Shown piece after piece: positions 36,493 through 47,284 of a stretch of 64,000 bases of DNA; within the stretch, counting starts at the first letter, position 1, and every line of letters starts with the position of its first letter. Origin of the DNA: Alphaproteobacteria bacterium (GTDB lineage Bacteria > Pseudomonadota > Alphaproteobacteria > Rs-D84 > SZUA-605); contig JAVBPW010000001.1 of the NCBI GenBank assembly GCA_031549385.1, positions 160,001-224,000 of the forward strand, in the 5' to 3' direction. The notes beneath the pieces are model-generated. The model was given only the letters and a program-made list of their open reading frames with translations, did not search any database and was not told the DNA's origin. The position numbers and the translations under genes are program-made.

Positions 36493-37593
36493 ATGGGTTT
36501 TAATTGTGGAATAGTTGGATTGCCAAATGTTGGAAAGTCTACTTTATTTAATGCGTTAATAAAAACTGCTTGTGCACAAGCTGCTAACTATCCTTTTTGT
36601 ACTATTGAACCTAATGTTGGTAAAGTTAGCGTACCTGATGAGAGATTATTAAATTTAGCAACTCTTGCAAACAGCCAAAAAATTATTCCTACTCAACTTG
36701 AGTTTGTTGATATAGCTGGTCTTGTTAAAGGAGCGTCTCGTGGTGAAGGATTAGGAAATAAATTCTTATCTCATATTCGTGAAGTTGATGCTATTTGTCA
36801 TCTTATAAGATGTTTTGAAAATACTGACATCACTCATACTGAACAAACTATTGATCCTATACGTGATAAAGAAATTATTGATACAGAACTTTTGTTGGCT
36901 GATTTAGAATCGTTGACTAAGCAAGCTCAAAATTTAGAAAAGAAAGCAAGAGGAAATGACAAAGATGCAAAAGAGGCTTTTGTTATTGCTAAACGAATCA
37001 TTGAAAGCTTAGAAAAAGGTGTTGGAGCAAGAGCTCTTAGTTTTAGTGATAATGAATTGTTTCATGTTAAACAATTTAATCTTCTTACTATTAAACCTGT
37101 TTTATATATTTGCAATGTAGAAGAAGATAGTGCAGCTCAGGGAAATAAATATTCTGATTTAGTAAAAAATGCTGCTGAAGCAGAAGGTAATAAAGCTGTT
37201 ATTATTTCTGCAGAAATTGAAAAAGATATTGCTTTGCTTGAAAGCAGAGAAGAACAAATTGAATTTTTACAAACTATTGGATTAAGCGAAACTGGGTTAG
37301 ACAGAGTTATCAAAGCTGGATATGAATTATTGAATTTAATAACTTATTTTACAATTGGTCCAAAAGAAGCTCATGCTTGGACTATTATAAAAGGAACTAA
37401 AGCACCTGAAGCTGCTGGAGTTATTCATACCGATTTTGAAAAAGGATTTATTAGAGCTGAAACTATTTCTTATAAAGACTATGTTGAATATAAAACTGAA
37501 GTTGCTGTTAAGGCTGCTGGTAAAATGCGAATCGAAGGAAAAGATTATATTGTTAATGATGGCGATATAATGCATTTTCTGTTTAATAACTAA
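36493..37593 (+). CDS. ychF: Redox-regulated ATPase YchF
   Basis: GLPNVGKST, NYPFCTIEPN, DIAGLV, C-terminal TGS domain. Confidence 0.97.
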   Translation: MGFNCGIVGLPNVGKSTLFNALIKTACAQAANYPFCTIEPNVGKVSVPDERLLNLATLANSQKIIPTQLEFVDIAGLVKGASRGEGLGNKFLSHIREVDAICHLIRCFENTDITHTEQTIDPIRDKEIIDTELLLADLESLTKQAQNLEKKARGNDKDAKEAFVIAKRIIESLEKGVGARALSFSDNELFHVKQFNLLTIKPVLYICNVEEDSAAQGNKYSDLVKNAAEAEGNKAVIISAEIEKDIALLESREEQIEFLQTIGLSETGLDRVIKAGYELLNLITYFTIGPKEAHAWTIIKGTKAPEAAGVIHTDFEKGFIRAETISYKDYVEYKTEVAVKAAGKMRIEGKDYIVNDGDIMHFLFNN

Positions 37594-39839
37594 AATATAC
37601 TTTGAATTATATTTTCATTAAACCAACTAATTGGTTTAGTTATTACTTCTTCTGTTACTTTTGAAACTACACTTTTATTCTTTTTTACATTTAAATTTGG
37701 ATCAAGTTTTGGGATTTCAAGTTTTCCAAGATCATGCAATAATTGTTTTTTATCTTCTTCAAATGAAATTGTGTTTTCTGCATATTGTCTGTTAATTGCT
37801 GTCTTACATGGAGTTTTATCAGAACCAATTGCCTTTATCCAATTGTTTGCTAAATAACCTACTCCCAATACTGGAAGAGTTAATGTTCCACCTGATACTA
37901 TTGTAACAAATGTTGTTGTTATTGCTAATTTGGTTATTGATTTAAATAATTGATCCCCTGACACCATTAATGATGGTTTTGCTATTGGACCTTTTACTTC
38001 AAGCATAGATATAAATTCTGATGTATCTATACCTAAACTACTTACAGGAACTGGAACAATAGAAACGTCTAATCTTTCTTTTTTGAAATCAATTTTTCCG
38101 TTTGCAACTATATTTACCTTGTCTGTTTGAATTGCAATTTCTCGGTATGATTCAGCTTGTCCATCTTGGAGTTGTAAATTAGCAGCAAAACAATAAATTT
38201 TAACATCCTCACTTTGACTTTTGAAAATTCTGTCAAATGTAGTTTTTAATACATCTTTTCCTAATGTAAAATCTGATAAGTCGTATCCTTTTAACTCTGT
38301 TGTTGAATTTAATATTCCTTCACCTGTTGCTGATCCAACGAGTTCTGACAAATTTGCACCTTGGGCTTTTACATAAATTTCTACATTCCCGAATCCATCA
38401 TCGTCTATTACTTGTCCGCCACCTGAATATCGAATCACTTTTCCTGGGGATATATGTTGAGCTTTGAAAATTGCAGCTAATGTTATATGTTTTTTTGAAC
38501 TTGCATCTGCTCTTAATAAGACTTCTCCTGAACCATCTGCATAATTTGCAGTTAATGGATTTAGAGTTCCTACACCATCTTTTAGAGCTAATTTAAATTT
38601 AATATTTTCAATTGGCATTGTTGACATTGGATAAAGTTTGTTAACAGTTACATTCAATTTTGCATCAAATTTATTTACTAAATCAATTGGAAATGGAACA
38701 TTAATAAATACTTTTGGATCGCGCTTTTCAAGCACATAAGCCGGGGTTTCCTTGTTTTTATTTTGTCCATACACATGACCTTCATAAGCAAATATTCGTG
38801 GAAGATTAAGTGTTTTTCCTGTTAATGTTAGATCTATATTTGGACGACCTTGGATTAAATTGTTTATGTTTCCTTTTATTGTAAAACTGCTGTCTAATAT
38901 ATCTATATCAAGTTTTTTTATTGCTATTTTATTTAATGAACCTGAAGCAGTTATATCTATTTCAGTTTTTGGAATATCAACAAATTCTATATCAAAATTT
39001 TTTAATTCACTTTGAATGTCTTCAACTGTACCTTTTGCTGTTAAGTTAATTCCTTGAAACTTATCCAAGTCTTTTATTGAAGCATAAACTATTAAATCTG
39101 ATTTATCCCAAACAATATCAGCATTAATTTTTATAACATCACTTTTATTTAATATCTCGTGCAACGGAGACATTAAAATATTTAAACGATAGGTTTTCCC
39201 ACCTGTATAAATATTAGAAGTAACTTTTGTTTTTACATCATCTATTTCAAATGAAAACATGGAAGATGATAATTTATATTTTTCTTTAACATCTTTTGTT
39301 TTTACATTAAGAGTTAAATTTCTAACTATGATATTTGAAAAAGCTAAATGAATTGGAGCAATTTTTTTACTATCTTTTTTTACTTTTACTGATTTATCTT
39401 CAACTGGTTGTTTATGTAGGAAAGCAAAATCTGTTATATTAGATTTATTATTTATTTCTTCATAATTTATTATTGGATCTTCTATAGACACTCTTCTTGC
39501 TTTTAATTTACCTGTAAGCAATTTAAAAACAGAAACAGAAAATCTTATTTTTTTTGCTGTAAATAATTCTTTATAAGTTCCATTAGGGGAATTTTGAATT
39601 GATATTTCATTTAATTCAATTACTGGAGAGAGTCTTTTGAAACCCAGCGATATATCACCTTTTATTTCAAACTTATGACCTAAGAAAACTGATACCTTTT
39701 CTTCGATACTACCTTTTGTTTCATTTATATCTAAATTAGATAATGCAAAATAGATTGATACTGCTGCTGCTGCAAGAACAACGAATACTATTTTAAAAAA
39801 TCCCCAAAATGTTTTGCGTATCATTTTATATTTATCCAA
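37590..39839 (-). CDS. AsmA-family protein
   Basis: N-terminal anchor, beta-rich body, C-terminal GKIDFKKERLD...VKGPIAKP. Confidence 0.8.
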   Translation of the reverse strand: MDKYKMIRKTFWGFFKIVFVVLAAAAVSIYFALSNLDINETKGSIEEKVSVFLGHKFEIKGDISLGFKRLSPVIELNEISIQNSPNGTYKELFTAKKIRFSVSVFKLLTGKLKARRVSIEDPIINYEEINNKSNITDFAFLHKQPVEDKSVKVKKDSKKIAPIHLAFSNIIVRNLTLNVKTKDVKEKYKLSSSMFSFEIDDVKTKVTSNIYTGGKTYRLNILMSPLHEILNKSDVIKINADIVWDKSDLIVYASIKDLDKFQGINLTAKGTVEDIQSELKNFDIEFVDIPKTEIDITASGSLNKIAIKKLDIDILDSSFTIKGNINNLIQGRPNIDLTLTGKTLNLPRIFAYEGHVYGQNKNKETPAYVLEKRDPKVFINVPFPIDLVNKFDAKLNVTVNKLYPMSTMPIENIKFKLALKDGVGTLNPLTANYADGSGEVLLRADASSKKHITLAAIFKAQHISPGKVIRYSGGGQVIDDDGFGNVEIYVKAQGANLSELVGSATGEGILNSTTELKGYDLSDFTLGKDVLKTTFDRIFKSQSEDVKIYCFAANLQLQDGQAESYREIAIQTDKVNIVANGKIDFKKERLDVSIVPVPVSSLGIDTSEFISMLEVKGPIAKPSLMVSGDQLFKSITKLAITTTFVTIVSGGTLTLPVLGVGYLANNWIKAIGSDKTPCKTAINRQYAENTISFEEDKKQLLHDLGKLEIPKLDPNLNVKKNKSVVSKVTEEVITKPISWFNENIIQSIF

Positions 39840-40708
39840 TAGGGATATGGAGCCCTGAAATCTCCGTATCCAGGTAAAGTTAACTCATATGCAAACAAGT
39901 GTAAGAAATTTTTGTCTTTCTCGCAAGATAAATCTTTTGCATAAAGTCTGTCACCTATTATTGGACAATTAAGACCATAGGAAAGATGAGCTCTGATTTG
40001 ATGCTTTCTTCCCGTTAGTGGAGAGCATTGTACTAATGCTGTATAGTTTTTGTATCTTTTTAATAATTGATAATCTGTTCTTGATTGTTTTCCATGAACT
40101 TTGTCGACTATCATTTTTTCTTTATTATCTGTTATTAATGGGAGATCTATAAAACCTTTTGGTGGTCTTGGATATCCACATGTTAATGCTATATATGTTT
40201 TTTTTACTTTTTGAAACTTGAATGCTTCAGATAAATTTCTTGCAGTCTTTGTATTTAATGCAACTACCATTACACCTGATGTGTCTTGGTCAAGACGGTG
40301 GACTAAATATACTTCTTTCTTTAATGCAGCTTTTAATATTTTATCAATGGAATTTCTTATATTAATTCCACCTTGAGAAGATATACCTTGAGGTTTGTTA
40401 AATACAACTATGTCATTGTCTTGATAAATAATTGAATCAAGTAACTTAGTTTGAAGTTCTTTTGGAACTCCTATCTTTTCAACCATGTCTTCTGTTAAAT
40501 TAGTTAAAAATGGAGGTATTCTTATTTTATCCCCAGAATATAGAGTTTCATTAAATTTTACTCTTTTGGAATTTACCCTTATTTGACCTGTACGACAAAG
40601 CTTTTGTAAATGAGATAAAGATAATAACGGATACTTTTTATAAAAAAACTTATTAAGTTTTATAGTATCTATATCTTTATCAACAATAAGTTCTTTTTGT
40701 TTTTCCAT
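39821..40708 (-). CDS. RluA-family (RluC-like) pseudouridine synthase
   Basis: S4 domain, NKPQG..SQGG, VHRLDQDTSG, TGRKHQIRAHL. Confidence 0.92.
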   Translation of the reverse strand: MEKQKELIVDKDIDTIKLNKFFYKKYPLLSLSHLQKLCRTGQIRVNSKRVKFNETLYSGDKIRIPPFLTNLTEDMVEKIGVPKELQTKLLDSIIYQDNDIVVFNKPQGISSQGGINIRNSIDKILKAALKKEVYLVHRLDQDTSGVMVVALNTKTARNLSEAFKFQKVKKTYIALTCGYPRPPKGFIDLPLITDNKEKMIVDKVHGKQSRTDYQLLKRYKNYTALVQCSPLTGRKHQIRAHLSYGLNCPIIGDRLYAKDLSCEKDKNFLHLFAYELTLPGYGDFRAPYPYWINIK

Positions 40709-40771
40709 TTTGTAATAAAAAAAGTCATTTAAAAATTAATGACTTTTTCCTATTTTATTTGTTAAAAGCCT

Positions 40772-40897
40772 TTAATTGCCTTGCTTTGCTTTGAACTTTG
40801 GGTTCTTTTTGTCGATTGCAACAACTTTCTTCCCACGGCGTATCAATTGTACGTTGCCTCTGGTTCTCCAAGCTTTTAGTGATCTTAATACTTTCAT
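40772..40897 (-). CDS. rpmJ: 50S ribosomal protein L36, zinc-free type (not in ORF track)
   Basis: MKVLRSLKAWRTRGNVQLIRRGKKVVAIDKKNPKFKAKQGN. Confidence 0.92.
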   Translation of the reverse strand: MKVLRSLKAWRTRGNVQLIRRGKKVVAIDKKNPKFKAKQGN

Positions 40898-40965
40898 TGT
40901 ATCCTCGTGTTTTTAAAATTCTTTGGTTGAGAGTAGACTAAATAGCTGTAAAAGTCAATAAAAAA

Positions 40966-41850
40966 CTACCTCATGCCCCAAGTTTGGTAAAATTCATCAT
41001 CTGTGAATATATTTTCTTTAACTTTCACAAATAAGAATAGTCTTACTTTTACATCCAACTCTTTTTGAAGTTCTACTCTTGCAGCTGAACCTATTTTTTT
41101 AAGCATTTCTCCATTTTTTCCAATAATAATCTTTTTTTGCGAATCGCGAGATACATAAATAATTAAATTAAAATCATAACCATATTCTGTTTGTTCAACT
41201 TTTTCTGGCTCTACTGTTGCTGAGTATGGAAGCTCTTGATGTAGAAATCTGTAAATTTGCTCTCTTACCATTTCACATGCAAAAAGTTTTAATGGAAAAT
41301 CACTGACTTCATCTTTTGAATATACCCAAGGATGTTCTGGCATTGCTGAGGCTAATTCTTTTTTCATAGCATCAAGCCCTGTTCCTTTATTTGCTGAAAT
41401 CATAAAGACTTCTTTAAATGGATATTTGCTCATTAAATCTTGAGCTATCTTTAATAGTTTTACTTTTTCAATGGTGTCTACTTTATTAATAGCAACATAA
41501 ACTGGAATATTTATATCTGAAATTCTTTTTATTATGTTATCTATTTCTTTTTTGTTTGGCGCTTTAGCGTCTATTAATATCAATAAAGCATTTGCATTTT
41601 GCAAAGAAGAAAAAGCTGTTGATATCATTGAGCGTTCTAACCTTGACTTAGCACTGAATATTCCAGGAGTATCTATTAAAATTATTTGGGAGTTTTCATA
41701 ATTAAAAATCCCATTGACTGTAGTTCTTGTTGTTTGAACCTTTGATGATACTATTGATACTTTAGCACCTACTAATTTATTTATTAAAGTAGATTTGCCT
41801 GCATTTGTTGGTCCAATTACTGCTACAAAACCCATTCTTTGTTTCTTCAT
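40966..41850 (-). CDS. era: GTPase Era
   Basis: GPTNAGKST, QTTR, DTPG, NKVD, KH domain. Confidence 0.97.
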   Translation of the reverse strand: MKKQRMGFVAVIGPTNAGKSTLINKLVGAKVSIVSSKVQTTRTTVNGIFNYENSQIILIDTPGIFSAKSRLERSMISTAFSSLQNANALLILIDAKAPNKKEIDNIIKRISDINIPVYVAINKVDTIEKVKLLKIAQDLMSKYPFKEVFMISANKGTGLDAMKKELASAMPEHPWVYSKDEVSDFPLKLFACEMVREQIYRFLHQELPYSATVEPEKVEQTEYGYDFNLIIYVSRDSQKKIIIGKNGEMLKKIGSAARVELQKELDVKVRLFLFVKVKENIFTDDEFYQTWGMR

Positions 41851-41964
41851 GTTTTTGATTTTATAAGAAATTTTTAATAAATACTATAAATTTTTTAAAT
41901 TATTGCATTTTTCGATTTTTTTGATTATATTCTTAATATTGTTAACAAAAAACAGGGTTTTATT

Positions 41965-42255
41965 TTGAATAATCATTTTTTGAATTTCTTTATTGGGGCT
42001 ACTTTTTCTATAATAGTACTTATCTTGAAATGGTGGGCTATCAAATATAAAGAACGCGTAAAAGATGCAGGAAGATTTCTTTTAGCTAATGCTATTTTTA
42101 GATTTTTAATGATTGTTGTTACTTTTTTTATTGTTGGCTTTAATGTTACTTGGTTGGACGCATTTATATTCTTAGCTGGATATTTAATTTTTCAACTTTT
42201 ATTAAACAGACTTATGAATTCTATCAAAAATGTTAGCTCAAATACAAAGCTTTAG
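41965..42255 (+). CDS. Small integral membrane protein
   Basis: Three hydrophobic helices; TTG start. Confidence 0.55.
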   Translation: MNNHFLNFFIGATFSIIVLILKWWAIKYKERVKDAGRFLLANAIFRFLMIVVTFFIVGFNVTWLDAFIFLAGYLIFQLLLNRLMNSIKNVSSNTKL

Positions 42256-42343
42256 TTTTAAGTTTTGTTTCCAGCTATAATAAATTGACAAATCGTTAAA
42301 ATTTTAGTATATTTTAGATATAAATTAAAAAAGGAGATTTTAT

Positions 42344-43360
42344 ATGAAAAAACTTATTTTCGGTCTTGCAGTTTTAGCTTCATTTGGAGCAAACGCAGCA
42401 CCTTTTAACATGACTTACAATTCTGAAAACCCTTTCTATCAACCAAGGGAAAATGAATTCTATTCTAAAACACAAGTGGAAATGGCTTGGACTTCTATTG
42501 ATTTAAGAGGCGCACAAGCTGTTAATGGAACTCAAGCTAATCTTGAAAGAGATATCACAGATAACAATATCTTTGTAAATGAAAGAATCGGTTACGGTAT
42601 TAATAGACAATGGGAAATCTGGGGTGAATTTGGATTTGTAAAATCTGATTTAGAATGGAAAGATTTAAATACTGGATATGATAAACTTTCTTCAGATGAA
42701 ACAAAAATGAACTATATCACACTTGGTACATCTTTCTTTATTACAAGAACAAAAGATTTTACTGCTAAAGTTTCTGTTGATTACTCACTTGCTCCTGATA
42801 ATGATGTTGTTGGTTATGGTGATAAAATCCACGCTAATGTTGTTCTTGGTAAAGAATGGGAAAATATGGTTCTTGCTTTACATGGTGGAGTTATCTTTAA
42901 CTTAGGAACTACTGAAGATATTGATTACTATGGTTTTTCAACTCCATTAGATATTGATAGCACAATTGATTACTTTGTTGCTGGAGAATTCATGTATGGA
43001 TTTAACGAAAAGATTTCTGCTCAACTTATGTTGAAATATGAAATCTTTGATCCAAGCAGTGAACAAAATATTAATTTCTTAAATAATCAAGATGCTGTTG
43101 ACTTCTTCGGAAATGACGATTCTGATAATGTATTTACTATTGCTGGTCAATTAAACTACTCATTTACAAAATCAATACTTGCATCTTTATATGTTGGAAT
43201 GTCATTCCATTCTGTTGATAAATATACTACAGTTGATCCTTTCTTAGTACAATCAGCTGTTATTAACGATTGGTCAGATTTCCAAACTGTTTTATATAAT
43301 TATAATATTGACAATTTTACAACAACATATGTTGGCTTAAAATTCAATATAGTATTTTAA
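42344..43360 (+). CDS. Outer-membrane beta-barrel protein
   Basis: Signal peptide, alternating aromatic strands, terminal YVGLKFNIVF. Confidence 0.8.
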   Translation: MKKLIFGLAVLASFGANAAPFNMTYNSENPFYQPRENEFYSKTQVEMAWTSIDLRGAQAVNGTQANLERDITDNNIFVNERIGYGINRQWEIWGEFGFVKSDLEWKDLNTGYDKLSSDETKMNYITLGTSFFITRTKDFTAKVSVDYSLAPDNDVVGYGDKIHANVVLGKEWENMVLALHGGVIFNLGTTEDIDYYGFSTPLDIDSTIDYFVAGEFMYGFNEKISAQLMLKYEIFDPSSEQNINFLNNQDAVDFFGNDDSDNVFTIAGQLNYSFTKSILASLYVGMSFHSVDKYTTVDPFLVQSAVINDWSDFQTVLYNYNIDNFTTTYVGLKFNIVF

Positions 43361-43446
43361 TTTAGTTGATTTTTTGAAACTAATCAGATAAAAAGGGTGT
43401 ATGAAAATACACTCTTTTTGATTAAGAGATTTTAGGGAAGTAGATT

Positions 43447-44883
43447 TTGGAAAATAAGACAGTTGATTTTTTGAAAGAAGTGCCTAAGCACTATGAAGCC
43501 GAACAAGCTTTGCTTGGAGCTATTCTTGTTAATAACAGAGCTTTTGAAAAAGTATCTGACTTCTTGCTCGAATCACATTTTTCCGATGATACTCACAGAA
43601 AAATATACAAAGAATGTTTTAGATTAATTTCTGAAGGAAAACTTGCCGATCCTTTAACACTAAAAATTCGTTTTGAACAATTAAACCAACTTGGTGATAT
43701 TGGTGGATTTGATTATTTAGTTAAACTTGCAGGTGTTGGTATTAGTGCCGTTAATGCAGGCGATTATGGAAGATTGATTTTTGATGCTGCTATTAGACGT
43801 AATTTGATTGATATTGGACAAGAGATAACTAAAGATGCTTTTGACCATGTTAACGGAGTTCCTGGAACTGAACAAATTGAAGTGGCTGAACAAAGACTTT
43901 TTGATTTAGCAACAACTGGAGAATCACAAGGAGATTTAGTTCAACTTAAATCACCTTTAAATGTTGCTTTGGAAAAAATTGAATATGCCTATAAGAAAGA
44001 TGGAAGTACTACTGGTATTTCTACTGGTATTACTGCTGTTGATAATGCAACTGGTGGTATGCACCCTTCTGACTTAGTTATTGTTGCTGCTCGTCCTGGT
44101 ATGGGTAAAACTAATTTAGCTCTTTCATTTGCTATTAATGCTGCAAATGAAGTTCTTAATAAAAGAGCTCCTCACTTTTTAACTGGTCCTGTTGCTTTCT
44201 TTTCTCTTGAAATGAGCCAAGACCAATTAGCTATGCGTCTTTTGTCGTCTCAAGCTGAAATTTCTGGAGATAAAATGAGAAAAGGTAATGTGAACGAAGA
44301 TGAAATTTCTAAACTTTCACAGTATGCAATTGCTATGGCTAATTTACCTATTTATATAGATGATACTCCTGGTATTTCTGTTCCTGCTATTCGAACACGT
44401 GCAAGAAGATTAAAAAGTCGACAAGGGCTTTCTATGATTATTATTGATTATATACAATTACTTTCATCACCTGGTGGAGCAAAAGATAATCGTGTACAAG
44501 AAGTTTCTGAAATTACTCGAGGTTTGAAATTGCTTGCAAAAGATTTGCAAGTTCCTGTGATTGCTTTATCTCAGCTTAATAGATCCGTTGAACAACGTAC
44601 AGATAAGCGACCTTTACTTGCTGACCTTCGTGAATCTGGATCTATTGAACAAGACGCCGATATGGTTATGTTCGTTTATCGTGAAGTTTATTATTTAAAG
44701 AACAATCCACCTTCAACTGATGATCCTGAAAAATTTGCTAAATGGCATGAAAGAGTTCAAAAGTTAGAAAATAAAGCTGAACTTATTATTGGAAAGCAAC
44801 GTCATGGACCTACTGGTACTGTTGATATGGCCTTCATAGGAGAGTATTCTAAATTCTCTGATTGGTACGAAGGTGAAAAATAA
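43447..44883 (+). CDS. dnaB: Replicative DNA helicase DnaB
   Basis: AEQALLG, AARPGMGKT, FSLEM, IDYIQL, DLRESGSIEQDAD, KQRHGPTG. Confidence 0.98.
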   Translation: MENKTVDFLKEVPKHYEAEQALLGAILVNNRAFEKVSDFLLESHFSDDTHRKIYKECFRLISEGKLADPLTLKIRFEQLNQLGDIGGFDYLVKLAGVGISAVNAGDYGRLIFDAAIRRNLIDIGQEITKDAFDHVNGVPGTEQIEVAEQRLFDLATTGESQGDLVQLKSPLNVALEKIEYAYKKDGSTTGISTGITAVDNATGGMHPSDLVIVAARPGMGKTNLALSFAINAANEVLNKRAPHFLTGPVAFFSLEMSQDQLAMRLLSSQAEISGDKMRKGNVNEDEISKLSQYAIAMANLPIYIDDTPGISVPAIRTRARRLKSRQGLSMIIIDYIQLLSSPGGAKDNRVQEVSEITRGLKLLAKDLQVPVIALSQLNRSVEQRTDKRPLLADLRESGSIEQDADMVMFVYREVYYLKNNPPSTDDPEKFAKWHERVQKLENKAELIIGKQRHGPTGTVDMAFIGEYSKFSDWYEGEK

Positions 44884-45002
44884 TCTATTTTGGCTGCGAA
44901 GCAAAAGGATTATAAAATCGCTTCACAATCACATAGCGTCAGTATGCTCATGCGAATCAATTTTATAATACTTCCGTTCTCTCTCAAAATAAATTATTTT
45001 TC
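44875..45002. repeat. 128-bp nested palindromic element overlapping the dnaB stop
   Basis: 18-bp outer IR (1 mismatch) and 14-bp inner IR (1 mismatch). Confidence 0.7.
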
Positions 45003-45073
45003 CTATTTTATTAAATAGCAAATATTGTAACTGGAGCGTTGACGTTTGAAATCGATTTTGCTATCTTAATTGC

Positions 45074-47245
45074 ATGGATAATATTTATAAAGTATCTTTA
45101 AATTTGGCTATAAATGAACCCTATGATTATAAGATTATGGGCGAATTAAAAATTGGTCAAGTAGTGCTTGTTCCACTTCGTGGAAAAAAGGAATTTGGAA
45201 TTGTTTTAGAAAAAGATAATCCATCAGTTGATATAAAAAAAATTAAACCTATTACATCTTCATATGAATATATTCTTTCTCCAAAACAAATTGAGTTTTT
45301 AAAATGGGTTGCTAATTATACTATGTCTCCTATTGGCATGATTGTTAATATGAGCATTCCTGAAAAAGATGTTTTTGAAGTAGTAAAAAAAGAAAAACTT
45401 TATAACCTTAAAGAAAACTTTGTATTAGCACGAGAAAATGAAACAAGAATAAAACTTATTAATTTTTTAAAAAATTATCGTCAAAATTTATCTATACACG
45501 AAATGAGCTTAAAAGCTAAAGTTCCTGTATCGACTATAAAAAACCTTATAACTTTCGGTGTTTTAGAAGAAAAAGAAGAGAAAGATCAAGATGAAATAAT
45601 TGATCATGATATAAAAACAACAGATTTTTCATATCTTAATGAAGAACAAAGAAAAGCTTATGACGCTGTTAAACATACTAAAGATTTTAAAACTTTTTTA
45701 ATTAATGGGGTAACTGGAAGTGGAAAAACAGAAGTTTATTTTGCTGCTATTGCTGATCAATTAAATTCAGGTAAGCAAGCTTTAATTATGCTTCCTGAAA
45801 TTTCACTGACTGCTCAATTTTTAGAAAGATTTAAAAAAGTATTTGGAATTTATCCTACTCTTTGGCATTCTGGACTTCGTAAAAAAGAGAGAAGAGTTAA
45901 TTGGAAAAATATTTATAACGGTAATGCAAAAATAATTGTTGGAACCCGTTCTTCTTTGTTTTTACCTTTTAAAGATTTAGGACTAATTGTTGTTGATGAA
46001 GAACATGATGGTTCATATAAACAAGAAGATATAGTTTTATATAATGCTCGTGATATGGCTGTTATGAAAGCTAAGATAGAAAATGTGCCTATTATTCTTG
46101 CATCTGCTACACCTTCTCTTGAAACATTAGTTAATTGCGAATCAGGAAAAATGACTGAATTGCATTTGCTTAAAAGACATAATGAAGCTGTTATGCCTGA
46201 TGTGTTTTTAATTGATATGAAACAAAATAAACCTCAGAAGATATTAAATAAAAAATCATGGCTTTCAGATATGTTTGTTGGTGAACTTGCCCAAACACTA
46301 TCAAGAGGGGAACAAGGAATAGTTTTTTTAAATCGCAGAGGTTATGCTCCTCTTGTTATTTGTGAAAAATGTGGTCATAAAGAAAAATGTGATGACTGCG
46401 ATAGCAATATGGTGTTACATAGCAATCAATATGGTGAAAAAATGATTTGTCACCATTGTGGTAAAAGCAGACAAATTCCTCATGTGTGCTCTTTTTGTAA
46501 TGAAGAAAATTCATTTAACTTGTCAGGGCCTGGAATCGAGCGAATTGCTGAAGAACTTAAATTTAGATTTCCTAAAAATAATATACTTATTCTTTCCACT
46601 GATACATCATCTGGATTTTCAGATATACAAGAAGCTGTGGCAAAAATAGAAAATAAAGAAGTAGATATTATTATTGGAACTCAAATATTAACCAAAGGCC
46701 ATAACTTTCCTTTAATTACTTTTGTTGGAATAGTCGATGGAGATATGAGCCTTATGGGAAATGACTTTCGAGGAGCAGAGAAAACTTTTTGTTTGCTTGA
46801 ACAAACTAGTGGACGTGCGGGACGATATGAAAAACCAGGAAAAGTTTTTATTCAAACTTATCAACCTGATAATATAGTTATGCAAGCGCTTTTGAAAAAA
46901 GATAAGCATATGTTCCTTGAATTTGAAAAAGATGCCAGAAGAGCATTAGAAATGCCACCATATGGAAAATTAGCTTCCATTATTATTTCTGGAACTGATA
47001 AAAATATTTTAAATCAATTTTGTAATGAATGTGCGAGGATTATTCCTAATAACCCTAATGTTAAAATATATGGTCCTATGATTGCACCTATATCTTATTT
47101 GCGAGGAAAATATAGAATGAGATTTTTGGTTCAAACTACTAAAAATACTAATATGCAAAATCTTATTTCATCGTGGCTTGGAGGTAAAAAAACACCTTCT
47201 TCAATCTCATTAAAAGTAGATATTGACCCATATTCTTTTACATAA
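45074..47245 (+). CDS. priA: Primosomal protein N'
   Basis: GVTGSGKTEVY, DEEHD, LNRRGY, four CxxC pairs, GRAGR. Confidence 0.97.
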   Translation: MDNIYKVSLNLAINEPYDYKIMGELKIGQVVLVPLRGKKEFGIVLEKDNPSVDIKKIKPITSSYEYILSPKQIEFLKWVANYTMSPIGMIVNMSIPEKDVFEVVKKEKLYNLKENFVLARENETRIKLINFLKNYRQNLSIHEMSLKAKVPVSTIKNLITFGVLEEKEEKDQDEIIDHDIKTTDFSYLNEEQRKAYDAVKHTKDFKTFLINGVTGSGKTEVYFAAIADQLNSGKQALIMLPEISLTAQFLERFKKVFGIYPTLWHSGLRKKERRVNWKNIYNGNAKIIVGTRSSLFLPFKDLGLIVVDEEHDGSYKQEDIVLYNARDMAVMKAKIENVPIILASATPSLETLVNCESGKMTELHLLKRHNEAVMPDVFLIDMKQNKPQKILNKKSWLSDMFVGELAQTLSRGEQGIVFLNRRGYAPLVICEKCGHKEKCDDCDSNMVLHSNQYGEKMICHHCGKSRQIPHVCSFCNEENSFNLSGPGIERIAEELKFRFPKNNILILSTDTSSGFSDIQEAVAKIENKEVDIIIGTQILTKGHNFPLITFVGIVDGDMSLMGNDFRGAEKTFCLLEQTSGRAGRYEKPGKVFIQTYQPDNIVMQALLKKDKHMFLEFEKDARRALEMPPYGKLASIIISGTDKNILNQFCNECARIIPNNPNVKIYGPMIAPISYLRGKYRMRFLVQTTKNTNMQNLISSWLGGKKTPSSISLKVDIDPYSFT

Positions 47246-47270
47246 AAAACCGGCATTATGCCGGCTTTTT
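47245..47270. terminator. Bidirectional terminator
   Basis: AAAAACCGGCA-TTA-TGCCGGCTTTTT between convergent genes. Confidence 0.75.
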
Positions 47271-47284
47271 AGTTAATTTTATAA

